Source: Ginkgo biloba
Taxonomy: Eukaryota; Plantae; Ginkgophyta
Direction: 5' to 3'
NCBI GenBank assembly: GCA_024626585.2
Contig: JANKJI020000002.1
Span: forward strand, 94,985,145 to 95,005,047
DNA length: 19,903 bases
This document shows positions 1 to 9,565 of this stretch, one piece after another; positions within the stretch are counted from its first letter, which is position 1, and every line of letters begins with the position of its first letter. The notes beneath the pieces are model-generated. The model was not told where the DNA came from and ran no database searches. It saw only the letters and a list, made by a program, of their open reading frames with translations. The translations under genes were made by a program, and so were the position numbers.

Positions 1-409
1 GATAGTGCAGTTATAGGTATGGTGAAACCCTCTATAGTTAGTGCTCTAAGATATTAGGTTGATCACTATATACGACTGAGATAAGTATATTTGAGAGCCT
101 ATAGACAAAACACACCCTTAGCCTAGTACTCCCAAAATTATAATCTATAGTCTAAAGTTATTTCTAGAGTTTAATCCATTCAGCAAAGAATATTAGTTTG
201 AAAAAATAGAGAGTACATCTTGGCAGAAAATTAAGGCCTTGTAGAGTTCATCTTGAAATGGTAGTTTTTTACTATATTAATAATTTTTCAGTTCTTAGTT
301 TGTAATTTTTCTTGTAGACCCACAAAAATCCTATTTAAAGAAAAAAAAACAAAGGAGAATATACCAAAAGTCTAATCACAAAAACCACATGATATGAACC
401 AAAGTGTGT

Positions 410-1930
410 CCATTCCCTAGTCTTTGAAAAGCTGCCTCTTGTTTCAATGCATCTCCAACTCATCAAAGCTCCATCCCAACCTTTCATACCACTATTCCTC
501 ACCAAGCACTAACATTGGTGAATTTATTCTCTAGAATCCATCCTGAGCTCAATCATGAGCTTCTCTTAGACTCAAGACCAAAACGGTTGCACTCGCAAGA
601 GTTTCGTCATTCAATCAAATACTTGCTCAAACAACTTTAGAAATAATATCATGTAGCTTTTGAATATACTAGATTCTTATATGGTGATGAGCTTTCCCCA
701 TTAAGAAGATCTTCACCTACTAGATCCAAGAATATAACACCACCCTGAAAAGGGCAGGCACAAGTAGCAAATAGAATGCACAATCTAAGCTCCAAAAATA
801 ACAAAAGGAAAATTAGTTCAAATTATCATTTAGTTTTTTATTGACAACCAATACTTAGTATACAATTGGACTGAGTACTCTTTACACAATTTTATAATAG
901 TAAAAGCATGAAAAAATAGATAACAAACTACCAAAATCCACAATTGTTCAACAAATTGCTCCATTCTCTCCACCTAATACCCTCCCCTTCTCAGAAACCC
1001 ATGGATCACACAAGCAGCTTTTCTAGGACTGAGCACTACTTGTGCAATCAATCTAGTGATTTTTGTTAAGAGAAGAGAGAACTTCTTCATATTGCTTAAA
1101 ATTCCATCTAACCTTGCACCCCCATGCAAAACAAGACAACCATTAATCGCTAGTTGCATATTCAATTTATGCTCGCAAATGATCTTCCTCAATNNNNNNN
1201 NNNCTAATTTCACCCCAAACAACTTTATTTTACACCTGCATTGATACATAAGCACTCTAGAGTCAATATCATCTCCCAAATAATTTTGCAAGTCATCTAG
1301 AAGCCTTGTACAAAGTTTCTAATGTTTAACCACATGCAAACATGCCCTGGGAACAAAGATTTTGTAGATATCTTTATCTTCCAATGATAAAATGGCCTAT
1401 ACAACAAATCTCCAATCACAAGTAAACTGTCAATGGCATGTGAACAATCTCCCAAGGCACAAGATATTATTTCAAACCACAAAACCATGCACTGTTCATG
1501 GATGCTTTCCTCTCATGCATTTTAGGGTTTCACTTTCTTAGATATTCATGCTTTGACCCAGACCAAATGTCATCTGTATGAATATATAACAGCATGAAAA
1601 ACAACAGTACGGATACCTTCATTCAAATAAATAACAAGGATTAAAAGTGTAGAACCTTAATTTTTTCAGCTTGCAACAATTTGAAATCTAGAGAATTCAA
1701 AATCCACACAACAAATTCATCTAGTGTTGCATTGCAATCCTCAACCACTTCAATCAAATCCATGGACAAGCACTACTCAATGCTAAAAATCTCATTTTTA
1801 GATTCTCTCCTTTCAAATTTGCACTATCCACATAATCTTATATAGCCTCACAAATGTTCATTGCAATTTCGAAAGTGGATAGAGAAGAGATAATTCCCAC
1901 ATTCCACATGTCCTCCTTCAAATCGTAGTT
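410..1930 (-). pseudogene. Decayed multi-exon gene of unknown family, possibly TE-borne
   Basis: There are three protein-like blocks separated by AT-rich segments with splice-like ends: AG|GTTCTA or AG|GTATCC near 1655/1617 to CATACAG near 1575, and AG|GTGGAG near 973 to TTTTCAG near 745. ORFs 1297-1488 and 974-1291 appear joinable by one frameshift. The last block reads VVLYSWI**VKIFLMGKAHHHIRI*YIQKLHDIISKVV*...EE*WYERLGWSFDELEMH*NKRQLFKD, and its stops are all TAG/TGA, as expected from CAG/CGA deamination. Splice phases could not be fully reconciled. Confidence 0.45.
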
Positions 1931-1931
1931 G

Positions 1932-1943
1932 GCTCTAATACCA
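1932..1943 (-). mobile_element. Putative tRNA-iMet primer-binding site next to an LTR-like end
   Basis: The minus strand reads GGGATGTGTTATA-G-TGGTATTAGAGC. This differs from the plant LTR end/PBS pattern TGTTACA-N-TGGTATCAGAGC by two C>T changes. It could instead be chance sequence within a coding block. Confidence 0.35.
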
Positions 1944-2059
1944 CTATAACACATCCCAAAACAACCTCCAAGTACTAACAGAATGAAGAATATAATGTTT
2001 GAATACAAATGTTGCTACAAACCATCATCCAATTCATGCGCTTATCTCCATGGAAAAGA

Positions 2060-2253
2060 AATAGATAAATGTAGTGAGAAATGCTACATAATTACCNNNN
2101 NNNNNNNNNNNNNNNNNNNNNNNNNNNNNNNNNNNNNNNNNNNNNNNNNNNNNNNNNNNNNNNNNNNNNNNNNNNNNNNNNNNNNNNNNNNNNNNNNNNN
2201 NNNNNNNNNNNNNNNNAATAAATAAATATAGTGAGAAATGCTAGATAATTACC
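2060..2253. repeat. 37-bp near-identical direct repeat flanking a 120-N gap
   Basis: 2060-2096 aatagataaatgtagtgagaaatgctacataattacc versus 2217-2253 aataaataaatatagtgagaaatgctagataattacc, 34/37 identical. Confidence 0.9.
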
Positions 2254-2516
2254 ACATTTGATATCCATTCATTTCAGCATAGATTCAAGCAATAGCAACC
2301 ATCCACAACACATACTAGCCCTAGGCCCAATTGGATCACCTAAGATGCCCTTTTGAGTTATTATTATTAAGAAAAAATAATAGAGTTGCAAGGATAAAGA
2401 CTCAAAACTTTCTAACTCTATGGTGAGCTCTCCTCCAATCTTCTCCCCCAAGCTTCCCCCCTTCCTCAATCATTCACATTGTTTAAATAGGAGTGAGAGG
2501 TGACTTATGGTCTCCA

Positions 2517-2992
2517 TGACCTTTCGTCACTTCTTGTGACCTTTCGCATTCCATGACTCTTCTCCTTCCAATAACCGTTCAACTTCCAATGGTCTTTCAA
2601 CTTCTAGCAATAGTTCAAATTCGAGTAACTATTCAACTTCTACTATCTATACAAATTTTGTTGGCCTTTCCACTTCTAGTGATCATTCATCTTTCAATGA
2701 CCATTTAGTTTCCAATGTCTTTTGAAATTTTGGGGACGGTTTATCTTCCAATGGTTCTTCATCTCCCGTTAGTTCATCTTCCAATACTTGTTTAGCTTCC
2801 AATGAATAATTAGCTTCCAATGGCCTTTCAACTTCTCGTGACCATTCATCTTTCAATAACCGTTCATCACCTGGTGACCATTCATCTTCCAATGACCATT
2901 CATCTCCTTGTGACCATTCAACTTCCAAAGGCCTTTCAACTCGTAGTGACTATTCAACTTCTAATGACCATCCAAGCTTTCATTCAACTTCC
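2517..2992. repeat. Degenerate 18-bp minisatellite, about 26 units, consensus TGACCATTCAWCTTCCAA
   Basis: Units read directly include tgaccattcatcttccaa, tgaccattcaacttccaa, tggcctttcaacttctcg and taaccgttcaacttccaa. The array explains the hexapeptide-periodic ORFs 2683-2928(-) and 2820-3116(+). Confidence 0.9.
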
Positions 2993-4437
2993 CTGGGTTC
3001 TCAATAATGGTCATTTTGGCGATTGCATGTATCCATGCAATCCCTTAGGCTTACCAGCAGAGAATAAGCAACCTAGACTTGAATGGGGGCTAACTGGTGC
3101 TTGTAACAATAGTTAATCAATCAATAGTTGACATGGGTAAATTGATGAGTCCTTTGTCTGGCTACAACCATCAAAGGGTATGGCCCACATGACCTAAGGT
3201 GGTTGTTGTGGAAACGCATTCTCCCAATCTACAAATAAATCATGTGAAAAGTCTAGGTGTAATACTTGGATAGACAAAATCTAGAAGCATGATTCCTCCT
3301 AGGTAGCTATNNNNNNNNNNNNNNNNNNNNNNNNNNNNNNNNNNNNNNNNNNNNNNNNNNNNNNNNNNNNNNNNNNNNNNNNNNNNNNNNNNNNNNNNNN
3401 NNNNNNNNNNAAATCTATTTAGATAAATCCCCATTTGAATGAAGTCAAAGGACCAAATCACATTAGAGTCAAAATGAGACTATAGTTAGCAAGGCAAGCA
3501 CATACCACATAGACATTTGGATGTGAGAAGGGATTGAGATGAAGGCAGACTGAAGATAAGTCATAGTTAAATGATATAAATAAAGGTGAATGGGATAAAT
3601 GAAGGTGAAATAAATTCAAATGATGGTCACTAAAAATTGGACTATGAAGGAGCGTGAGAAAGCTGGAGGTGGACTAGAGAACCCATAGAATATTAATGTA
3701 GGGACCACATTCACATGATGAAGAATATGCCAAGAGTGAATATGCCCATAAAGGAAGAGTGTATAGGCCTTCATATATCGGTGACAAAGGTGTCCACAAT
3801 GTTGAGATGAGTAAGGATAATAGAGAAACTATCATGAGAAGGTGCAAACGGGACGAACACCAAGAGGAAGAAAGGTGAACGAACGCCCAAAGACGAAGTC
3901 ATGGAGAAAGGCGCACAGCCTAGAAACAGAGAACATGCAACCTCTAAGACCTCATAATAGTTGGGAGGTTCAAGACTGAGTGGGAGTTGCAAAGGTGCCC
4001 ACGACATTAGGGTCATTTGATCATCTTGGTGCTACAGCAGTTCGTAGAGCCACCGGTGGGAGAAAGAATGGGATCCATTCATAACAGAAACGCTAACCTA
4101 GAAGGGTCACTCACCGAGAGGAATGATAGGAGAAGGAAGAGACACCACTTGACAAAGAGTCGAAGGAAAATGGGAAACGACAAATGAAGAAACCCTGGAG
4201 CAGAGATAGGAGATGAGTCGTTGCAGGGAAGAACAAATGTGAAAGCTGCAACGAACTAAGACCAGCCCAAACCGAGAGAAATTGAGCTGTGGAGAAAAGC
4301 GGATGCTGGGTTGCAGAGAAAACACCCTAGAGAAATAGTGAGCACGTTGAGACAAGACCGAAGATTGAAAATGAATCAATTGAGTTGCAGGCAGGATCGC
4401 AAGCATAGTTGGTCATTTTCTAAGTTTACCTTTCAAG

Positions 4438-4662
4438 TTGCTTATCTCCACCAAAAAAGTTTCCACTTCTAGCCCAACCCAACTCTCCCATCTCACAAAT
4501 TCAGTCTATTTCTCAAATCCATATAGGGTGCAAGGAAAATCTGCTCATTGTCTCTTCATTTGTGGACTCTTTGATACAAAAAAGAAGAATGTGAGAAAGG
4601 CCTCTACAACTCCAAGAATGTCCAGTGGAAAAAGCAAAAGAAGGCAAGGCAAGAAGATGTGA
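4438..4662 (+). mobile_element. Retroelement zinc-knuckle remnant, most like the LINE-1 ORF1 CCHC region
   Basis: 4549-4592 reads TGT CTC TTC ATT TGT GGA CTC TTT GAT AC AAA AAA GAA GAA TGT. Restoring one C gives C(L)FICGLFDHKKEEC, a Cx2-3Cx4Hx4C knuckle. It is followed by a basic tail, QWKKQKKARQ. Confidence 0.4.
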
Positions 4663-5146
4663 AATAACTCATTCATGGTAAAGGTGCCGTCACTAAACAA
4701 GGGGACTCGCAAGCTTGTATTTTGCTTTGGGTGATGTATGTATTGTGGGGCCATTCTGAAGACACCAACCACCCAATTCAAGGCAGGAAATAATAAACCC
4801 CAAACAGGAAGAACATACAAATAAACTCTTTAATGTACTCTGTGAAAATATTAAACATATCTTACAGGGATTCAATCCTATAGAGTTGGTTACACAAAAG
4901 AGTATATGCAATTAGATAATGCCAAGCAAAATAATGACATGGAGGTGGCATGATTGAGACAACCCTTTTTGGAAATGTACAAAGGTATGAATAAAATTTC
5001 AAGTTTCTCGCATACTAGGAAAACCACAAGATGGTATAAACACCAATCTGGAATTTGCACAAAGGGTATGTATCACACGCAGATATCCAAAGATGATGCA
5101 ATCTAAATATTCAAAATTTTGTTCTAGATGCAGATAAAGGATAAAC

Positions 5147-5241
5147 TGTGGACGGAATACTACGCAAGTTGTGCACTATTCCAAGAAGTGATGTGCCATC
5201 CCAACCAGGAGGGGGCTAGTACATAGTCCTATGGGGTCTAA
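5147..5241 (+). mobile_element. Possible LTR terminus cut by a gap
   Basis: Abrupt start TGTGGACGGAATACTACGCAAG...CTATTCCAAG. It begins with TG and resembles conifer LTR termini as I recall them. There is no partner LTR in the window. Confidence 0.25.
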
Positions 5242-6220
5242 NNNNNNNNNNNNNNNNNNNNNNNNNNNNNNNNNNNNNNNNNNNNNNNNNNNNNNNNNNN
5301 NNNNNNNNNNNNNNNNNNNNNNNNNNNNNNNNNNNNNNNNNCCTTGGATTCAATATATTTGTTTATGATATTGAGATTTGTGTACTACATGATAAGATTG
5401 TATGTGAAACCATTGATTGTGAAAAAAACATTCCGCAATGCTTGAATAAACTAACTTGTTATATAAAATATAATATAATATAATGGAAATTAAAGAATAT
5501 AAAATATAAATCATAAACCAACTATGACAAATGATAAGCATGACTATTTGTAGCTACCACCTTGAACATAACCATAATACATATGCTACAATGGTTCTAA
5601 TGCATATGAAGGTAGTGAATGCAAGTATACAAAGTATTGACTATAAGACATTCCTTACCCTTGTAATATAAGAACCACTCCCTAACATTCGAGGCCATGG
5701 CCCCTTGTCATTAAATACACTCATATAAGGCATTGTAGCCTACATAACGTAGCATACCAAAGTAACATGATTCTAGTTCACGAATGCTAATTGACCCTAA
5801 GCATCTCACACTAACCAAGAGTTTAAACTAAACTCTATTAACTAGCCTCATAAGAAGAATTAAAATTTTGCCTAGGTCATTGGTCAGATGAATGGGTTAG
5901 CAATTGTTAGATGGGCCTTTTATAATGCCAAAGCACTAGGAAGTCTTTACGTTTTTCAAACACTCAAACTAAGCGAAAGAGCTTATCACACGTACCGATT
6001 CATAATATGCTAATCATTCATTCACTAATACAAGGAAGGACATACAAACACACAATGCTTCATAACAAACATGCATAGAATCAGGGCATTCGTAACCATA
6101 AAATAACATGCAACATGCACAATTATCGCATAATTGATAAGAGAGCACGTAAATAGAGATTATGTGTCAAAAGTCACCAAAAAATCAATGCTACCTTAAA
6201 TAATCCAAAAGGGGCCATGG

Positions 6221-6386
6221 AGAATATTCCATCTAGATGCATTTTAGCATGTGACTTAAGTGTCTTAAGTTGGCCGGCTAGAATATTCCATAGAAATCTT
6301 TTCTAAAGAGGGAATAAAGAAGTCTAGTCAAGTGTACTTCCAGAAATAGAAGTTTCCATGTTTAGGGGTAGCTAGTTGCTATAAAT
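6221..6386 (+). promoter_or_regulatory. Heat-shock-element cluster plus TATA box
   Basis: Perfect GAAnnTTC at 6222-6229, 6281-6288 and 6349-6356, TTCnnGAA at 6338-6345, and TATAAAT at 6380-6386, 23 nt after the last unit. A GA-rich leader follows about 25-30 nt downstream. Confidence 0.6.
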
Positions 6387-6518
6387 TAATGCGCCCCTCC
6401 TTTAGAGATGAGAGAGAGAAGATGAGATAGCGTTATGCTGTCAATTTGGACATTGGTTTTTGGGCTTCCTTCTTTGTCCTTCATCTCTCTCATGGGCTAC
6501 ATTTAATGTGATGTAAAA

Positions 6519-7119
6519 CAGTGTTTTGAACAGAGGTACATGGTTGTAATTAATGCCTAATTGCAACAAGGTATATGGCCTCATTTTGTACATGTGTTTC
6601 TGAGTTTATGCAGTAAATTTCATGTTGTTACATGGCTGTTTTGTTGGTTGTTTTTCAGCAGTTATGAGCAAATTATGATGATGGTTAATGTGCATGAACA
6701 GTGAGAAAGTTTATCAATATTTATAGAAAGTTGTGCTATAATTAAGAAGTGGTAAAACAGTGATTTCAGAAGTTATATCAGATCTGGTCTTCCACTGTAT
6801 ATCTGATTATGAAGTTGAAATTTCTCATGTTCTTGCCATTTTGAAGAGTGTTCAACATGCATTCTTAACAGAAAAGAGTGTAAATCTGTTAGATCCTGAT
6901 AAGGTGCTGAAAAACAGAATTGTCACCTAATGATGAAGCAAGGAAGCATCTGTACTTCAACGTGGTATACACAAACAGACTTAACCAACGATAACCATTG
7001 GTTTTATGGGCAATTGAACAGGCCATAAGCTTTACATTTCAGGAATTTTGAGTTGCAAATGGCCAAGGGAAGAAACTTCACTCCCATGCAGGACATACCA
7101 GTTGGCATGTTCGAGACTG
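6519..7119 (+). ncRNA. Candidate long imperfect hairpin transcript (pri-miRNA or hpRNA-like)
   Basis: Nested complementary blocks centred near 6790-6810: 6561-6567/7052-7058, 6574-6581/7020-7027, 6643-6649/6983-6989, 6649-6660/6905-6916 (12/12), 6684-6696/6856-6869, 6750-6759/6828-6838 and 6777-6783/6801-6807. It lies just downstream of the TATA box and contains no recognisable coding sequence. Confidence 0.4.
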
Positions 7120-7927
7120 AAACCCAAATCGAGAAACCCGAACAAACTGATATATGGGTTGCACTCAATACAAGCTCCAAGCAGGATGATAAGTGGATGA
7201 TAGAACTGTTGCATCTTTGCTTCTCAGTAGCAGTCAGCAAGCTCCTTATTAGTCATGGTTAATATGCAGGATTATAACAGCTATGCTTCTTTAACGATAT
7301 ATTTTTCGTAATCTGAATATATGGCCTGGTATGTAGTAGATTGCGTATAAGAAAAAAGGCCTTTCAAAAATCCAATTTTGATGTAAGGAGTCTGAATAGC
7401 TCTGGTTTCTAATCAATATTCAGTGTAAATACCATGACTGAAGGCAGTCACTAGCATTGTACCTCAAGTTTCTTAATATAAAATTCTTTTCAATATAAGA
7501 GTTAGAAACAGACCAATTCATCCATTGCAAAATGTTCCACTCCTATAAATCAGTATTGAAACATGGCTTGCTTGAATACCATAAGAGCTTCTGCAAAATC
7601 CCTTGTCTTCTGTTCATGCTTCCTTTCATAGCTTATGATTTTCTTTTGCTTCTCTCTATCTAAACTTCCCTATACTTGTGATTCGTACCCGTTGCTTTGT
7701 TTTGTTATTCTATTGCCAATGTTTTGACCCTTGTATCTGACTGAGAATTTCCGTAACTGAGCTGAGTCATTGTCAAGTGCTCGCACCTCAACAACCACGA
7801 ACTCTGAAAANNNNNNNNNNNNNNNNNNNNNNNNNNNNNNNNNNNNNNNNNNNNNNNNNNNNNNNNNNNNNNNNNNNNNNNNNNNNNNNNNNNNNNNNNN
7901 NNNNNNNNNNATATATTAGTTCCATAA

Positions 7928-8793
7928 TTAATTTTTGTTTGAATGCCATTCAACTATAGATTCCCATAATTTTTCCATATAGGCTTCAAGTCCCCCAAAT
8001 TCATGTAAGTAATATTCATGAATATCTCTATAGGCATGTTCCAAATTTTCTAGAGACATAGTGCAGTCTCCAGGATTTTGTCGAATCTCATAAGGGGCTT
8101 CTTTCAGCAAATTCAAATACCGTGTCATCTGCACTCCCCTCTAGCGCTCATTCTACAATATTGACATAAAAGCGCGGATATGGACACTTCCCATCACCAT
8201 GTTGATGGGGAAGGTGAGCTCCTCTAGAACTAGAAATCTAGTCATAAATTCTCCATCCAATAGATTCTTTTCCATAGGTTATTTCATTTTATACAAATTT
8301 CTTGCAATACTGAATTGAATTTACCGTAGTAAACAGTTGACTGTATGCTCTTCGCAAATAGATACTCCTCCAGCTATCAGTCTAGTCTTCGTGCTCTAAA
8401 CAATTGTCATGGCAAGCTCATTGAATCTCATAATGTCCACGGTTGCACATCTTCATGCTCTGACACCATTGAAATAATCGACAAAAGGATCTCAGCAATG
8501 TTTAGAGATTAGTACGCATCCCACTCAAAAAAGTTGTAAGCAGAGATATAAGGCTTGCTGATTTATTGGCATCTGGGGCCGATCAACCCTGTCTGAACAA
8601 AGAATAAATCCTCCAGAAGATAGCCTTTGCAATCCACTACCAGCAGGTGGCCCAATCTGCAAATCTGCAGCCAAAACTCTGAGAGGAAGCAACGCAGACA
8701 CAGTTTCCCATTGTTGTTCAAGGGAGTTTCTTTTCCCTTGAATACAGAGAAGTGTTTGCAATTTGCAGTTACATCTCCATCAGATTTTTTCAT
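7928..8793 (-). pseudogene. Possible decayed intronless ORF of unknown origin
   Basis: Same-strand ORFs 8563-8793 (Cys-rich, NCKH...LCLRC) and 7928-8134 (acidic and helical-looking) flank a stop-poor stretch, LEEYLFAKSIQSTVYYGKFNSVLQEICIK*NNLWKKNLLDGEFMTRFLVLEELTFP. Six stops fall in 8374-8565, so continuity is uncertain. Confidence 0.25.
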
Positions 8794-8816
8794 TATAGCA
8801 ATCCCAGTGTATATAT

Positions 8817-9565
8817 TAGAGATTTGATTTTAGTATCATCAATAAGAAATCCTTTTTTTGCAAATAATACGTCTAAGAAAATTGCCAAATGGTGTTAGAA
8901 ATTGGCACTTAGTGGGATCTAAAGAAACTCAAACTTCTCTACACTGTTGAAACACTAGCCTCAAATAATAAATATAGTCTCTCAAAAGGTTGTATAATGT
9001 ACACAAATTGAGGTATACCTCTAAAATATTATGTATGAAACTATGAAGATATTTATAATTATTCAAGAGAATGTTGTCAAATCATTAGACCAAATGGCAC
9101 TACTCAACATACAAACAAATCCTATTTAGTGGAAAAAATATATTTAATCTAATTTTTATCTACAACATGAACTTGATTGTAATTAAAAAATCCATCTATG
9201 AATGAATAACACTCTCAACTAGCTACATTCTCTAATACTTCCTTTATAAATAGAGTTAGTAAGAGTTCTTTTTAAAATCAACATAAATGTGTATTTTAGC
9301 AATTATTTTTGCAATAATAGTAGAACTAACTTAGTCACTATTGTAAATAGAAAAATTGCATCCCACAACAAATAGTTTGTCAATTTCCTCCCTAATTTCC
9401 TCTTTATACTTATGATTTAACTGCTATGGTCACTATCTAACTTGCTTTGTACCTTCGTAAGTTTTGATCTTCTTTATTCGTTATTATTTTAGGATGCTCT
9501 TCATGTCACCATATAACCATATAAATGCATTTAATAATTATTTAAGTAGAATATGTTCTTGCTCC
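8817..9565 (-). mobile_element. Ty3/Gypsy reverse transcriptase, heavily decayed
   Basis: Motifs occur in the expected order: AFIWLYGDMKSI, LNHKYKEEIREEIDKL, IHIYVDFKK, EVLENVAS*ECYSFIDGFFNYNQV, VVPFGL, ILEVYLNL (catalytic YLDD decayed), and LRLVFQQCRE...SLDPTKCQFLTPFGNFLRRIICKKGFLIDDTKI. Confidence 0.9.

Noticed and set aside
2517-2992. CRISPR-like array
   Set aside because: The units are head-to-tail degenerate repeats with no unique spacers, there are no cas genes, and the context is a plant genome.
2820-3116. 98-aa plus-strand ORF with LLVTIH repeats
   Set aside because: It is a by-product of the 18-bp periodicity.
6745-6770. RSGKT as an NB-ARC P-loop, or a miR1313-like site
   Set aside because: No upstream glycine-rich motif or kinase-2 motif is present, and there are too many mismatches to the recalled miRNA.
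7435-7454. TGACTG-aagg-CAGTCA-CTAG as a Helitron 3' end
   Set aside because: There is no spacer between the hairpin and CTAG, and the next base is not T.
7720-7740. tasiARF/TAS3-like TTTTGACCCTTGTA
   Set aside because: The match is partial and I saw no miR390 sites.
8661-8682. miR1311-complementary site
   Set aside because: Only 11 contiguous nt match the recalled sequence and the remainder pairs poorly.
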